From the NCBI GenBank assembly GCA_050230475.1, contig JBFLGF010000119.1, positions 1 to 64,000 on the forward strand: a stretch of 64,000 nt of DNA, written 5' to 3'. How positions within the stretch are numbered: the stretch's first letter is position 1; each line of letters begins with the position of its first letter. The position numbers and the translations under genes are program-made. The notes beneath the pieces were generated by a model that saw only the letters and a list, made by a program, of their open reading frames with translations, was not told where the DNA came from and made no database searches. This stretch comes from Ancylonema sp. (lineage: Eukaryota). This document shows positions 26,912-39,063 of this stretch, piece after piece.

Positions 26912-27068
26912 CTAACGTGTTAGGCTCGATTGTGGTTGTATGTATATTGCGGCTCCTTCAGATGAAGTAGCTTGGTGTGAATTTACTCGTCACACTTCTA
27001 TAACATAACATATGTACTAATTAATAGTGGATGTCATTTTGCTTTGTCTATATACCCGTGTTACGGTG

Positions 27069-27071
<3 letters not shown>

Positions 27072-27155
<84 letters not shown>
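27072..27155. repeat. (GT)n microsatellite within hAT copy 1
   Basis: Pure GT run of ~84 bp. Confidence 0.97.
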
Positions 27156-27157
<2 letters not shown>

Positions 27158-27744
27158 AAATGCATGATGCTTTAGAACAAAAACGCATTTATGAAGGACA
27201 TGTCGCACTTGAAACATCGAGCGTGAATCAAAGGACTTGCGCATTCAAATTACCACTCAAAATAAATAACATCTCTTGTTATAAACGCATTCATAGAAAC
27301 CGAGTTGGGGACATCACGTGTTTTTTTTTCTTTCTTTCGTAATCAATCGATGCCCAAAGAATCGGAGCCCGTTTTTTTTGCCTAGGGAGCCCATCGAGCC
27401 CGCGAGCCCGTTTTAAGCTCGGTGGGCTCCGGGAGCCCGTTGAGCCCGGCGAGCCCGTCCGGGCTCGTAAATACGAGCCCGTTCTAGGAGCCCATTGGGC
27501 TCGTGAGCCCGGATTCGGAGCCCCGGGGTTTTGGAGCGGGCTCCCCGATCATCCGCAGCGAATGTCTCCACACACTCACTTACTACTTACACAGGGTGTG
27601 GTTGCACCACGGCACTTAGCTCTCCGTTAATATTGTTCGGTTTATGATTTGGGTATCGTAATACTCGTTTGTGTGTTGTGAATTTGTGTTGCGTGGTCTT
27701 TAAATCGATAATGTTGTTATATGTATTTCGATAAATAATGTTGT

Positions 27745-27786
<42 letters not shown>

Positions 27787-28249
27787 GGGTATGTTTTTGC
27801 TTTTGCTTGTGATGTTTTTTTGTTGTGTTTGATTCACTTCCTAATATTTCATGGTTATTATTATTGTTACCGATTCGTATTTTTGTTTGGTTTTTTTATA
27901 TGTGTTTATCTTTCTAATTATATTTTTACTATTGTACGTGCTATTCTAGAAATTCGGTGCTATTATATGCGGTTCTTAAACATCAAAACATTCAAAACAT
28001 TCTACACATCGTAGAGATCCGGTCGATTGGAATGACATTGCCGCAAAAGTAACGCAAAATATGCAGGAGGAAATGGAAGTGTCCGACACTTGAAATTCAA
28101 ACAATGACCAACGGGAAAATGAAGTGGACCAAGAAGTAGACAAGTATGATAATATTAGCAATGACAACATTCCCAAGAACATATCAACCTACTAAAAATA
28201 AAAATAAACGAAACGACTACGCAAGAGGATATTCCTCTTTTTATATTAT

Positions 28250-30755
28250 AGAACAATGAGAACGTTCAATTCGGGAAAAAAAGCGTTGTATGATCATCGT
28301 ATGAAAGTCGCGACATCAGGCTTTACAATTTATTGTGCTCGTTTACGTGGAAGCACACCAGACCTCATAAAAGGTATAAAAATGGCACCGACCGGACCAG
28401 CAACAGTAAACATTGGTGGCGGAACGATTCACCGGTGATTAAAAGTGCAAATCGATACACGTTGTATTACCTTGTGTACGGATAAATTAAGTACAATGAA
28501 AGCCGAATATGGAGATGTTCAATAAGTTTACTAGATGAAGTACCGATGATAAGTTATAGGGAATGGAGAGCTATCGACAAACGTCTACGCGATTTAAAAA
28601 ATCCCGACATTCCATATGGGAGTATACCCATTATTGCAGGAGTTTTTTTCCAATTACCACCCATTCATGGCAATTTTTATTCGACACCTCAGGAGAAAGG
28701 GACTTTAGTCGACTAACGGGAAACCCATGGAATCGTTTTCAAATGGTGGAATTGAATGAAATTATGAGACCCCGATTGCTAAACCGGCTTCGAGAAGCAA
28801 CACACACAAACGAGGACATAATTCAAGTACAATCGCGAACACTTCCTCAGAACGTGGAACACGACCAAAAAGTATTCAATAACGGAAAGTATAATATATT
28901 CGACCAACATCTGTTTTACACAAACGAATCGGTACAATCTCATAATGACAAGGTATTCCAAAAAATAGACGGAGAAATAGAATGCAAAATAGGCGCTACA
29001 TACACATTTACATCGGAATTAGATCCGGTCATAAAATAACAATACAAAGATTGGGAGAAAAATAAAACACGCGAAGCATTCAATTCTACTACTTAAACAA
29101 AGGGACACAAGTAGAGATATCATAAAACTTATACACAACGGTTTGTTATACAACGGTTCGCCCGGAGAAGTATATGATTTCACAATAAAAAACAATCAAA
29201 TTGACAGAGTAAATATCATATTCCAAAATGATGATAACATGGTAACATTGGAAATAAATGGATGCGACGAAAATTCCCAAGTAGAGCAAACAACATTCTC
29301 TTCACCGTTTCTATCCAGATGATACCTAAATCATTTTACATGGTGCGGAGAGTATCTTCAAGCTTGGTAACAAAAAAACAATTCCCCTTGCGCCCCAACA
29401 CAACCATAATTGTGCATCTTTCTCAAGGACGTACATTACAAAGAGGACTAGTAGACTTTTTAGCGTTGATACGTGATAGGTGTGCGAGATTGTGTGGTTC
29501 TTTCCGTACAAGGGACTACGTCTCTCAAAAATTATCAATGACAAGTGTTGTGTTAGAAGAATAATTATTGAATGGTCGGCATCGGGTAGGTATACCACGA
29601 TGCCTCGTACAGATCAAGAATCAACAAAGTGTGCCGACGGTCGGATCTACGGACCGTCGGCCTATCATAACACAACAACAGTCAAATCATGTCAACGGCA
29701 CATGCCGGACAGTCTGACAAGACATAACGTCTAGATTCGGAACCATCTAGACCACACATGCCACAAACGGCACAATCGAAACGTCATATTTGGGTGCCTG
29801 GACATAAGTCCGGCCCCTCAATACAAGCACACCCTAGGAATCCTACCGGTTACACTAACACACTAACCGGTAGTCCGGACTAGCACACTAGCAAGCATGA
29901 TATAATTCCTACAAGACTCATTTAAAGCCACTCTATCATGCATGCATTACGTTGCACTAAATAGACTCCCAAATTTATCAAAAATATCGATAATAAACCT
30001 CAATGAAAGTGTGAAAAGAAAAATTGTTGTTGAAATGGAGAGGCTTCGAACAACACGACACCTAGTACTCCAATGTCAACATATTGATGAACTACCAAAA
30101 CCCAAACTTCGGATCATGTACCAAAATGTGAGATCTATTGAATAAACTTTGAAAAAACAAATGGTAACAAAGAATTCCAAACCGCTAATGCGTTATTACT
30201 TAATGAAACATGGACTTACGAAACAAAAAAAAACCTCAACAACTACACAATTTAAAACTACAAGAAACCATTCGCAAGTCATGGTCGGAATGCCCATATA
30301 GGAATGATGACATCTTCCAAAAAGGCTTTTACAATATCTCCAATACTAGTGAATGAATAATTTGAGTTTTCTGCACGTGATCTTCGAAGCAAAATCTTTA
30401 CCGTACTCAATAATTTTATTCTATCGATCACCATTACCACACAATGTGAACACCTTCATAACATCAATAGAAGCAATAATGAAACATCCACGACAAACAT
30501 CAATTACTTTCATCATAATAGAAGACGCAAATATTGAACTGACGAATCAAGAAAACAAAGAGTTTACAAAACAATATATAGATGGCTCACATAAACTGAA
30601 ACTAAGACAACTCATAACAGCAACGACAAAAATATAACTCCATTTTGCATCACATATGGATTTCCGAAAAAAAATACTTAGCATTTCCAATATGTCCGGA
30701 CCACATATTATAGTGATCACATGTCTTTATTACGAGGTATAAACTAGCCAAGTAC
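28250..30755 (+). pseudogene. Decayed Helentron-like (endonuclease-bearing Helitron) coding region: PIF1 helicase followed by AP-type endonuclease
   Basis: PIF1 motifs MAPTGPATVNIGGGTIH, LDEVPMIS, FFQLPPI, ELNEIMR, QFPLR..VHLSQGRTL, YVALNR. APE motifs IMYQNVRS, LLNETW, LFYRSP, IEDAN (GDxN-like), YSDH. Multiple frameshifts; no HUH Rep motifs seen. Confidence 0.85.
29464..29913 (-). mobile_element. ~450-bp solo-LTR-like insertion (copy A) in the helicase
   Basis: Reverse-complement homolog of 35061-35501. It interrupts the helicase between GLVDF and DSFK..MHYVALNR. Confidence 0.8.
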
Positions 30756-33265
30756 TTACCATTTTTTTCTCAAAAAAAACCGTCTACAAACTCTTCCAAA
30801 GTACACAAAAAAACGAAGTATATAAGTTTAATTCATGGTATAATTCAACGTTAAAAAAAAATGAAGGGAGGGAGGGAGATATTGTAATGTATCGCCACAA
30901 GGCGATATATATCACGTTATTTGCAAATAACAAACACATACGACTCGAACGTAATCGACACGCTGTGTCCGCAGTCTGCACCAGCTAGAGCTTGTTCAAT
31001 TACTGAATGCTCTGAAGGTTGCGGCGTGTATGTTGTTCACAAGCTCGTGTTCAGTTGAAGGAAATCTCCCTTAGCTGACAGCGGTTTGCCCAGGGCAGTG
31101 GAAAGCTCTACGAGCTTGAACCGTCGATGCGGGATGGAATCCGCAAACGACGGTTGACTTACGTCATGTACGGATGAATCCGTACGAACGGACGAGGACT
31201 TTGGCCCGTCAAAGGACCCGTCGAAATAATAGAGAGTTATCGGCTCCATGCGGGGGCGGTAATATCTAATATTCAACAAGTATTAATTGGCGCAACCTTG
31301 CGCCAAGTATTAATAATACTTAGGCGGGGCGCAGGCCCGAGGCCGGCGTCCCTCTCTATAAGCAATCTACTTATAGGCGCAATCGATAATTAACTTAATT
31401 ATCGACAAAACAAGAGTGATGCACAAACGCGCACGTCACTCCGTTACACTCGCCTCCCCTTAAGTGGCGATGTCCGCATTGACCACAAAAGAAGTTACAC
31501 GGACTTTTTCCGTTTCCGCAGTCTTGACTGGACTAATCCGTCGGAAAACGTTGTTCCAACTGTGCGCGTAACACTCTTCGCACTGTTGTCCTTAGCTTTT
31601 GAAAAGACTTTTGTCGAGCCACGAATTTAGTTACCATCAGTGGCGCTGATTTCTCGATAATTATCGCTAGTTCCCAAGTGTTATGTTCAGGTCCATAATC
31701 CAACCACTTGACCAGAAATTCACGTCGTTGTGCCACGGCCGACTTTCAGAACCTCGAAATCGAGGAGTTTTTCGATTTCATATTCTATATTTGCTTCCAC
31801 GGGAACCGCCGGTGGAATCGACGATTTACCCGATACAAAACGTATAGAAGAACACTACTCCCAACAGAAAATGGTTCCACCAACTTTCTACGGTTATCAG
31901 CATTCATTTTCTGCCTTGCTTGAGCCTCTTGATAAATCCTCCGAGCCTTCTTTAAGAGTTTGGCAATCTTGGCACGAAAACGTTCAGCGGCAGGGTCCCA
32001 ATCTCCAGGCTGCCCCGTTTGCAGACGAGCACTTGCTCGAAGGGTTAACGGTGTCTGTCTTTGACCGCCATTCATCTCGAATGCAGTACACTGGATGGTT
32101 TCTTGCCAAGCATTGTTTATCGAAAACTCCGCCAATGGCAACCAAGCCTCCCAATCGGACATGTCGACATCGAGGAAGCAACGAAGATATTGCTCCAAAG
32201 TTCGATTGGTCCTCTCGGTTTGCCCGTCGGTCTGAGGATGAAAAGAAGTACTCATCTTCAAATCGACCAATCCAGCAAAGAATGTTTGCATGAACGCGGC
32301 CCGAAATTTAGGATCTCGATCACAAATTGGGAAGGCCATGGAGTCTTACAACTCCATCGATGAAATAACGGGCAAAATCCTTTGCCGTCATCGATTCCTC
32401 AACCGCGATGAAATGAACTATCATCGAAATCCTATCGACAAATACAAGAATCGGATTCTTTTGTCGTGCAGCAGTCGGAAGACTTGTAATTAAGTCCATC
32501 GAGAACGATGACCAACGGCGTTCCGGGATTGGCAAAGGTTGCAACAACCCTTGTGGTCTACTGTTCAATGTCTTGCTCCGTTGACAAACAAGACAGCCCC
32601 GGACAAAGTTGGAAACATCCACCAACAATGTCGGCCACCAATAAAGTACGTTTGATGAACTCAATCGACTTCTTGGCGCCAAAATGACGCAACCGCACTT
32701 GCGTGCCCAAGTTGCATGATTGTGTCTCGAGCCGCCGCGGGCACGAATACACGGTCATCTTTATACCATAATCCATTGGTATAGTTTAGGTGGTATACCC
32801 CTTTCTGGCAAGATGGGGAGCATTCACAGTCAGTGCCGACGACATAGCCTTCCGAGATCGTCTTAGCCAAATCCATGGCTGAATCTAGGAAACCAACGTG
32901 GATAGCCAGCATAGTCTGTCGTTGCATCGTGGTGGGGTCCGGAAAAGTAGCTATCCCTTCCTCGCTCCCTCTCCGTGGTCCAGGTGCCGTTGTGACACTA
33001 GGAGGCAAGGGGACCTTCCTATCGATACAACTTAGAGAGTCGGCAAGATTTGTGCGTCCCGGCCGATAATATTCCCATTTAAAGTCGTACGACTATAACA
33101 GCTCAGACCATCGTGCGTGCCTCCTTGACAACTCAGTCTTAGTACTTAGGAAGACATTCGGATTATGATCGGTTACGACCAAAAAATAATGGGCACCTTC
33201 CAAATAGCACCGCCATTTACGCAAACAATGGACGGTGGCAAGCAACTCTTGCTCACCAACACAGC

Positions 33266-33836
33266 TCTTACGACCGTCGCCGGACTGTACTTTCAACGAC
33301 TTCACAACCGGGCCATAAAAAGCACAATGTCCAAGATGTGACTTGGACTGCACAGATACAATATATACCGAGATGCCGATCCCTGACACTATCCCCCCCG
33401 CAAGGGATTCGCGTCCCGAGAACCCCCAACACCCCCAGAGTGATCGGAGCTGATGTTCCGCGCCACGGGCACCCCCTCCCCGAGGGTGCACCCCGTATGT
33501 GAATGCGGTCGCGTCCCGAGAACCCCTAACACCCCCAGAGTGACCGGAGCTGATGTTCAGCGCCACGGGCACCCCCTCCCCGAGGGTGCATCCCGTATGT
33601 GAACGCGGGCCGGTCAATATATAAATTGTTAACCCCCACGGAAAATCCGTGTGAGCGGAAAAGTGGAGGAGACGGGATTCGAACCACCACACACCAGTAA
33701 TCTTTGGACATTCTGACACGACCATCGCCGGACTGTACGTTCAACAACTTCACAATCGGGCCATAAAAGGCGCAATGTCCAAGATGGGATTTAGACAGCA
33801 CAAATACTATATATACCGAGATGCCGATCCCTGACA
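33266..33836 (-). mobile_element. TRIM (miniature non-autonomous LTR element) inserted in the gypsy RNase H
   Basis: 123-bp direct repeats at 33266-33388 and 33714-33836. 5-bp TSD ACAGC/ATAGC. Minus-strand PPT GCGGGGGGGATAG next to the left LTR. Internal ~100-bp tandem duplication. Confidence 0.9.
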
Positions 33837-34955
33837 ATAGCGTTGTTCTGCGTGGTAGCGTTGTTCTGCGTGGTTCATGGTTCGTGACTCATATGCAATG
33901 GCCCGTGAACCCTCGAGTAAAACTCCGCCTAACGACTGCATCGACGCATCCGTTACAACTTCACACGGAAGATTTGGATCAAACAACGCCAACGTTGGCG
34001 CGTGGGTTAAACACCACTTAAGTCGATCAAATGACTTTTGGCGATTGTCGACGCCTTAGTCAAATTCGTTATTGGTTTAGCGATCTCCGCACATCCATAA
34101 ATGAATTTTCGGAAGTAATTCGCTAACCCAAGAAACGATCTTACGTCATTGACGTCCGCCGGAATAGGCCAATCCGGGATGACACTTAGCTTTTGAGCAT
34201 CGGGTCGAATACCTTCGGGCCCACCCTCATGCCCTAAGTAAAGAAGTTTTTCTTGCATAAACGTGCACTTCTTCTTTTTGGCATAGAACTTATACTTTCG
34301 CAAAATCGAAAACGCTTGTCGAACATGCTCAATATGTTCTTCTTCGGTTTTAGAGTATATTAGAATATCATCCAGATAGACTCATACAAACTTTCCGAGT
34401 AACGGACAAAAAATATAATTTATCGTCGCTTAAAAGGTTGCCGGGGCATTAGTCAATCCGAAAGGCAACACTTTGAACTCATAATGACCCATCGGCGTTC
34501 TAAACGCAGTCTTTGGACAATCTTCCGGCGTAATCCGAATTTGATGATATCCTTGAGCCACGTCTAATGCCGTAAATACCCTCGCGCCATTCAATTGACC
34601 CAACAGATCATCGATACGTGGCAAGGCATATCGGTTTTTGACGGTTTGTTTGTTAAGTGCTCGAAAATCGATACACATTCGCAAACTCCCCCCTTTTTGA
34701 CACAAACAAAATCGGCTGACCGTACGGCGGCGAAGAACTCGGGGTAATCCACCCTTTCGTTAAGTACTCAGTGATTTGTTTCTTTGCCTCTTCCTGCTCA
34801 AGAGGACTTAGCCGATACATCGGTCGAAAAACAGGTTTTGCACCCGGTTCCAATGGAATCGTGTGCTCGGTTCCCCGATCGGGTGGAAGTCCGTTCTCGG
34901 AAGATCGTCCCATCGACAAGCTCGTCGAGTAACTCCACCATTTGTCTCCTTCTCT

Positions 34956-34987
<32 letters not shown>

Positions 34988-35060
34988 CCCACTTTTGTAT
35001 CCACTGGTACAATCCTAAAGTTGTTCCCTAGACGTTCGTTGATATCCTCGTTACCCTCCG

Positions 35061-35501
35061 TGTAGGAATTATATCGGATCGGATAGCCATGCTTGCTAGT
35101 ATGCTAGTCCGGGCTACCGGTTAGTGTAACCGGTAGGATTCCTAGGGTGTGCTTGTATTGAGGGGCCGGACTTGTGGCCGGGCACCCGAACATGACGTTT
35201 CTATTGTGCCGTTTAGGGCACGTGTGTTTCTAGACGGTTCCCGCATCTAGTCGTTATGCCTTGTCAGACTGTCCGGCATGTGCCGTTGACTGTTGGTGTG
35301 TTGTGATAGGCCGACGGCTCGTAGATCCGACCGTCGGCACACTTTGTTGATTCTCGATCTGTACGAGGCATCGTGGTATACCGATGCCGACCATTCAATA
35401 TTATTTTTCCAACACAATACTTGTCATTGATCAGTTCCGAGAGACGTAGTCCCTTGTACGAAAAGAACCACGCAATCTCGCACACCAATCACGTACCAAC
35501 G
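35061..35501 (+). mobile_element. ~440-bp solo-LTR-like insertion (copy B) in the gypsy element
   Basis: TGTAGGAATT...CACGTACCAACG; homologous to 29464-29913. Confidence 0.8.
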
Positions 35502-38500
35502 CCAGAAGGTTATGGGCCCACAATCGGTCTAGTTAAAGACGCTCTGTTAATAACTACAGGCATTCCACGCGATCTACTATCTTTTCCTCTGTTTGCAAAG
35601 GCCACTCTTCAGTATCCGCTAACTCTTCTTTAAGAGTTTTCGAGCGTAATTGCACAAAGACTGCGTGAGCTCCTTTCCTTAATGCCTTGGAAAGTTGCAT
35701 CGATGATAATAAAGGAGAGACTGGCTTTTCTTTTTGTTGTTGACTTGCAAACAATGTGATAAAGCGCAATTCTTTGTTTATTCGACATGTTTTGGTTCCA
35801 AAGTCTAAAATAGCATTATGTCGATTCATCCATTCCAATCCAAGAATGGAGTCAATATACGGTGCTAACTTTAGCACATTGAAAACGAATTTGCCATGAT
35901 AGGCTCCTAAATTCATGTGAATATTCACTTTCCCCAATATATTACTTTCACTGCCATCGCCCAAAGTGACACTCAATTTTTTACTGGTATCGATGGCAAT
36001 ATTGTGACTCAAATGACAAACTGTTGTCATGTACTGAAAGTGCAGCCATTGTGGCATTTGAACTACATACCATAACACTTTGTGCTTCACGGCAGTTAGC
36101 GAGGGAAGTCCCTCACGCATGCACGTGATTGACATTTTCAAGTCTATGGATTTGCTTGTAGACTGTAAATGGCACTGGCCATGTATGCAACTCAAACTTG
36201 AGCTTCATGACAATGCATTTAAATTTCTTCACTAACGTGTGAAAATATTGTATGCAGTCGTTGAGTACCTTACCACTTGGTAGGCAAAAATACACATCGC
36301 ATGGCAAATCGACACATGAAAAGAAATTCATTGGAGTCATGACATTGCATTTGTATTCCATTGCAATAAAATCTTTATGATTTTCCAAACAAACAATAAT
36401 TGGGAGACTCTCCCCACAAATTGATGCCAAATCATTTTTATCTACAATGAATTTTTTTGTCAAATCCTGCTCGCTCCGTGACTCCGAGTCGGAACGAGCT
36501 ATCCTTTTACCACACGGCTATAGGACTTCTTTCCATCGTTGTCATCATCCTTGTTCTTAACTACCACACGTGTGGGACAATCACGGGCCACGTGTCCAGA
36601 TTTCTGACACGTGAAACATTTCCCGTCGGTGTACAGTGCCATCCTAGCCTCGTTGCTAAGCTTGGCCCTACCCGGGTCCTGTTTTGGGCCCTGGCCCTTG
36701 GCCTACCCCTGGTTCTGGCCCTCGCCCTGGGCCTTGCCCTGGTGCTGACCCTGGCCCTGGAAGCGGGAAGAACTCCCCCCCTTCTCGGCGTTGCCAAATG
36801 TCGTGCCCTTCTTCACTGGGATTGAGGATCCACCTCCACGACGCTCCAAGGCATCGGCCTTGCACTTCTTCATGAGCTCGGTAAACGGCAGCTCTCGCTC
36901 CTCCGCAGAGTTCGGAATCATGATCCGCAACTTCTGCTGGTCGTCATCCTTCTTCACAACGAACGCCATGAGTTCCTGGAGGCTGGTTCACGACCCACCC
37001 TTCCCTAGTCCCCTGCGCTTCACCGCTGTGGTTCATGATATCCAGCAGTTGCTGGATCTGCGCATCACGCGATGCCCGGATCCATGCGCGACACGTGTAG
37101 CTTCATCTCCACCAGGAGAGGTCGCAGCGGCCCACTCTGTTTCAGCGCCCAATATGTGAGCTTGGACTGTTCCGACACGTCCGTACTACTATAGGCGACC
37201 ATCATTTGTCGCTCAAACACCTCATAGAAGTACGGGTTGCCGCCCGTCCTCAGCAGCGAGGATTCACACTCCCGCCGGTAGGAATTGGGCCCCTCCTTAA
37301 GGCGAGTCATGATCAGACGCATGCCCGTCTCCTCCTTGAAGCCCATGTCGACGATCATTCCCTTGAAATCGTGGAATCAGTCGCGAAATTGAACTCTTCC
37401 GTTCGCATCCCACATGGGAAGCGCATCAAAATTACTAAATGCTTTGAAATACAGGTCCCTGTCCTGCTTCGAACCCTCCGATCGCAAAAATTTCGAACGC
37501 CCCTGAGTGGTAAGGCGCTCGCTAGAGATCTCTGCAGCCTCGATCGTAGCGGGGCGGACTTCTGCATGTCCCAACTCGCGTCCTTGTACATTGAGTTGTA
37601 CGGCGAGCCAAGCGACCTTCTCGCGTTGGTCTTGAAGCGCTTTCTCCACCTGGCGAAGCAGCTCCTCCTCATTGGAGACCTTCCCACGATTCTCGTGGTG
37701 AGTTCACAATCCACCGAGCGCGTCGATCGGCGCGCTAACGCCATGAGCAGAGGCAGCGGTAGGAATTGCTCGCTGGACGACTGCAGCGTGGGCGGGCTGG
37801 CGAGTGGGGCGGAAATTCCCTGCGGTGTAATTTCGCGAGGCGGGAACTATCACAGGCGTTGGACGCTTGGGAGTACCTCCCATCGGAGATCCGCTGACCA
37901 TAGGCATTGGAGGCTGCCTCGGCGAAGTGACTGCAGCCTGCTCAATAGCCGAATGCATTGCGGATCCAGCCATAGTCTCAACTACTGGAGGGGCGGATGT
38001 CGTCTGACCGCGGGGCGCATTCGCCGGAGGCACATTCAAAGACATTTCTTGATATGTTTTGATAAAAGCTACAAGTGCTGCTTCGAAACTCATGCACAGT
38101 GCTATAGTGCCGAAAAATCTGCCAAGATCTAAATCCTGCTCTGATACCAATGTAATGTATCGCCACAGGGCGATATATATCACGTTATTTGCAAATAACA
38201 AACTCATACGACTCGAACGTAATCGACACGCTGTGTCCGCTGTCTGCACCAGCTAGAGCTTGTTCAATTACTGAATGCTCTGCAGGCTGCGGCGTGTATG
38301 TTTGAAGGCGGAGCTCACGATCGAATCGTGCACAAGCTCGTGTTCAATTAAAGGAAAGCTCCGTCAGCTGACAGAGTTCGCCGAGGCCACCGGAAAGCTC
38401 TACGAGCTCGAACTGTCGATGCGGGATGGAATCCGCAAACGACGGTTGACTTACGTCATGTACGGCTGAATCCGTACGAACGGACGAGGACTTTGACCCG

Positions 38501-39063
38501 TCAATGGACCCGTCGAGTAATAGACAGTTACCGGCTCCATGCGGGGGCGGTAATATATAATATTAAACAAGTATTGATTGGCGCACCATCGCGCCAAGTA
38601 TTAATAAGACTTAGGCGGGGCGCAAGCCCGAGGCCGGCGTCCCTCTCTATAAGCAACTTTGCTTATAGGCGCAATCGATAATTAACTTAATTTTCGACAA
38701 AACAAGAGTAGTGCACAAACGGGCACGTCACTCCGTTACAGATATAGGACAAGATGTGCCTAAAGGTTTGGTAATGATAAAAATGATGAGCGGTTTATAG
38801 AAAGCTCTTAACAAAGAAGAGTTCCCTTATAAAATATTTCATAACAAAAATATCATGTTGGCTTGTGCATGGTACAGAAGCATAATAAAAATATACATCT
38901 TGATTAGCTCGAACATGTCCTCCCCCCCCCCCTAAATTTGGCCAGGACGGTGATGCGGAGTACAAATCTGGAGGGTTGGTTATGTTTACAACTACGTTTA
39001 CACCATTATGATTATGAATCATAATCATTATTTAAGAAAAAACATAATTTATGAATATGAGTA

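Larger units (their letters stand above)
24683..27551. mobile_element. hAT-like non-autonomous DNA transposon with GGGCTC/GAGCCC subterminal repeats (copy 1)
   Basis: TIR TGATCGGGGTGCCCGC / GCGGGCTCCCCGATCA; dense GGGCTC repeats on the left and GAGCCC on the right; colinear second copy at 58670-60072. TSD not confirmed. Confidence 0.8.
30883..38740 (-). mobile_element. Ty3/gypsy chromovirus LTR retrotransposon, full length, decayed
   Basis: LTRs 30883-31448 and 38151-38740 (TG..CA). Perfect TSD GATAT. Minus-strand PBS TGGTATCAGAGC at 38138-38149 and PPT AAGGGGAGGCGAG. Domains: gag knuckle CFTCQKSGHVARDC, protease, RT ([27 protein letters not shown]), RNase H (TDAS, TDH), integrase (HPQTDGQTER), chromodomain (EFLVKWLDYGPEHNTWE). 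Confidence 0.97.

Noticed and set aside
33620..33740. Intact tRNA gene
   Set aside because: Only the T-arm and 3' acceptor strand are recognisable; no cloverleaf.
37206..38132. 308-aa plus-strand ORF
   Set aside because: Antisense to gypsy gag, with no recognisable motif.
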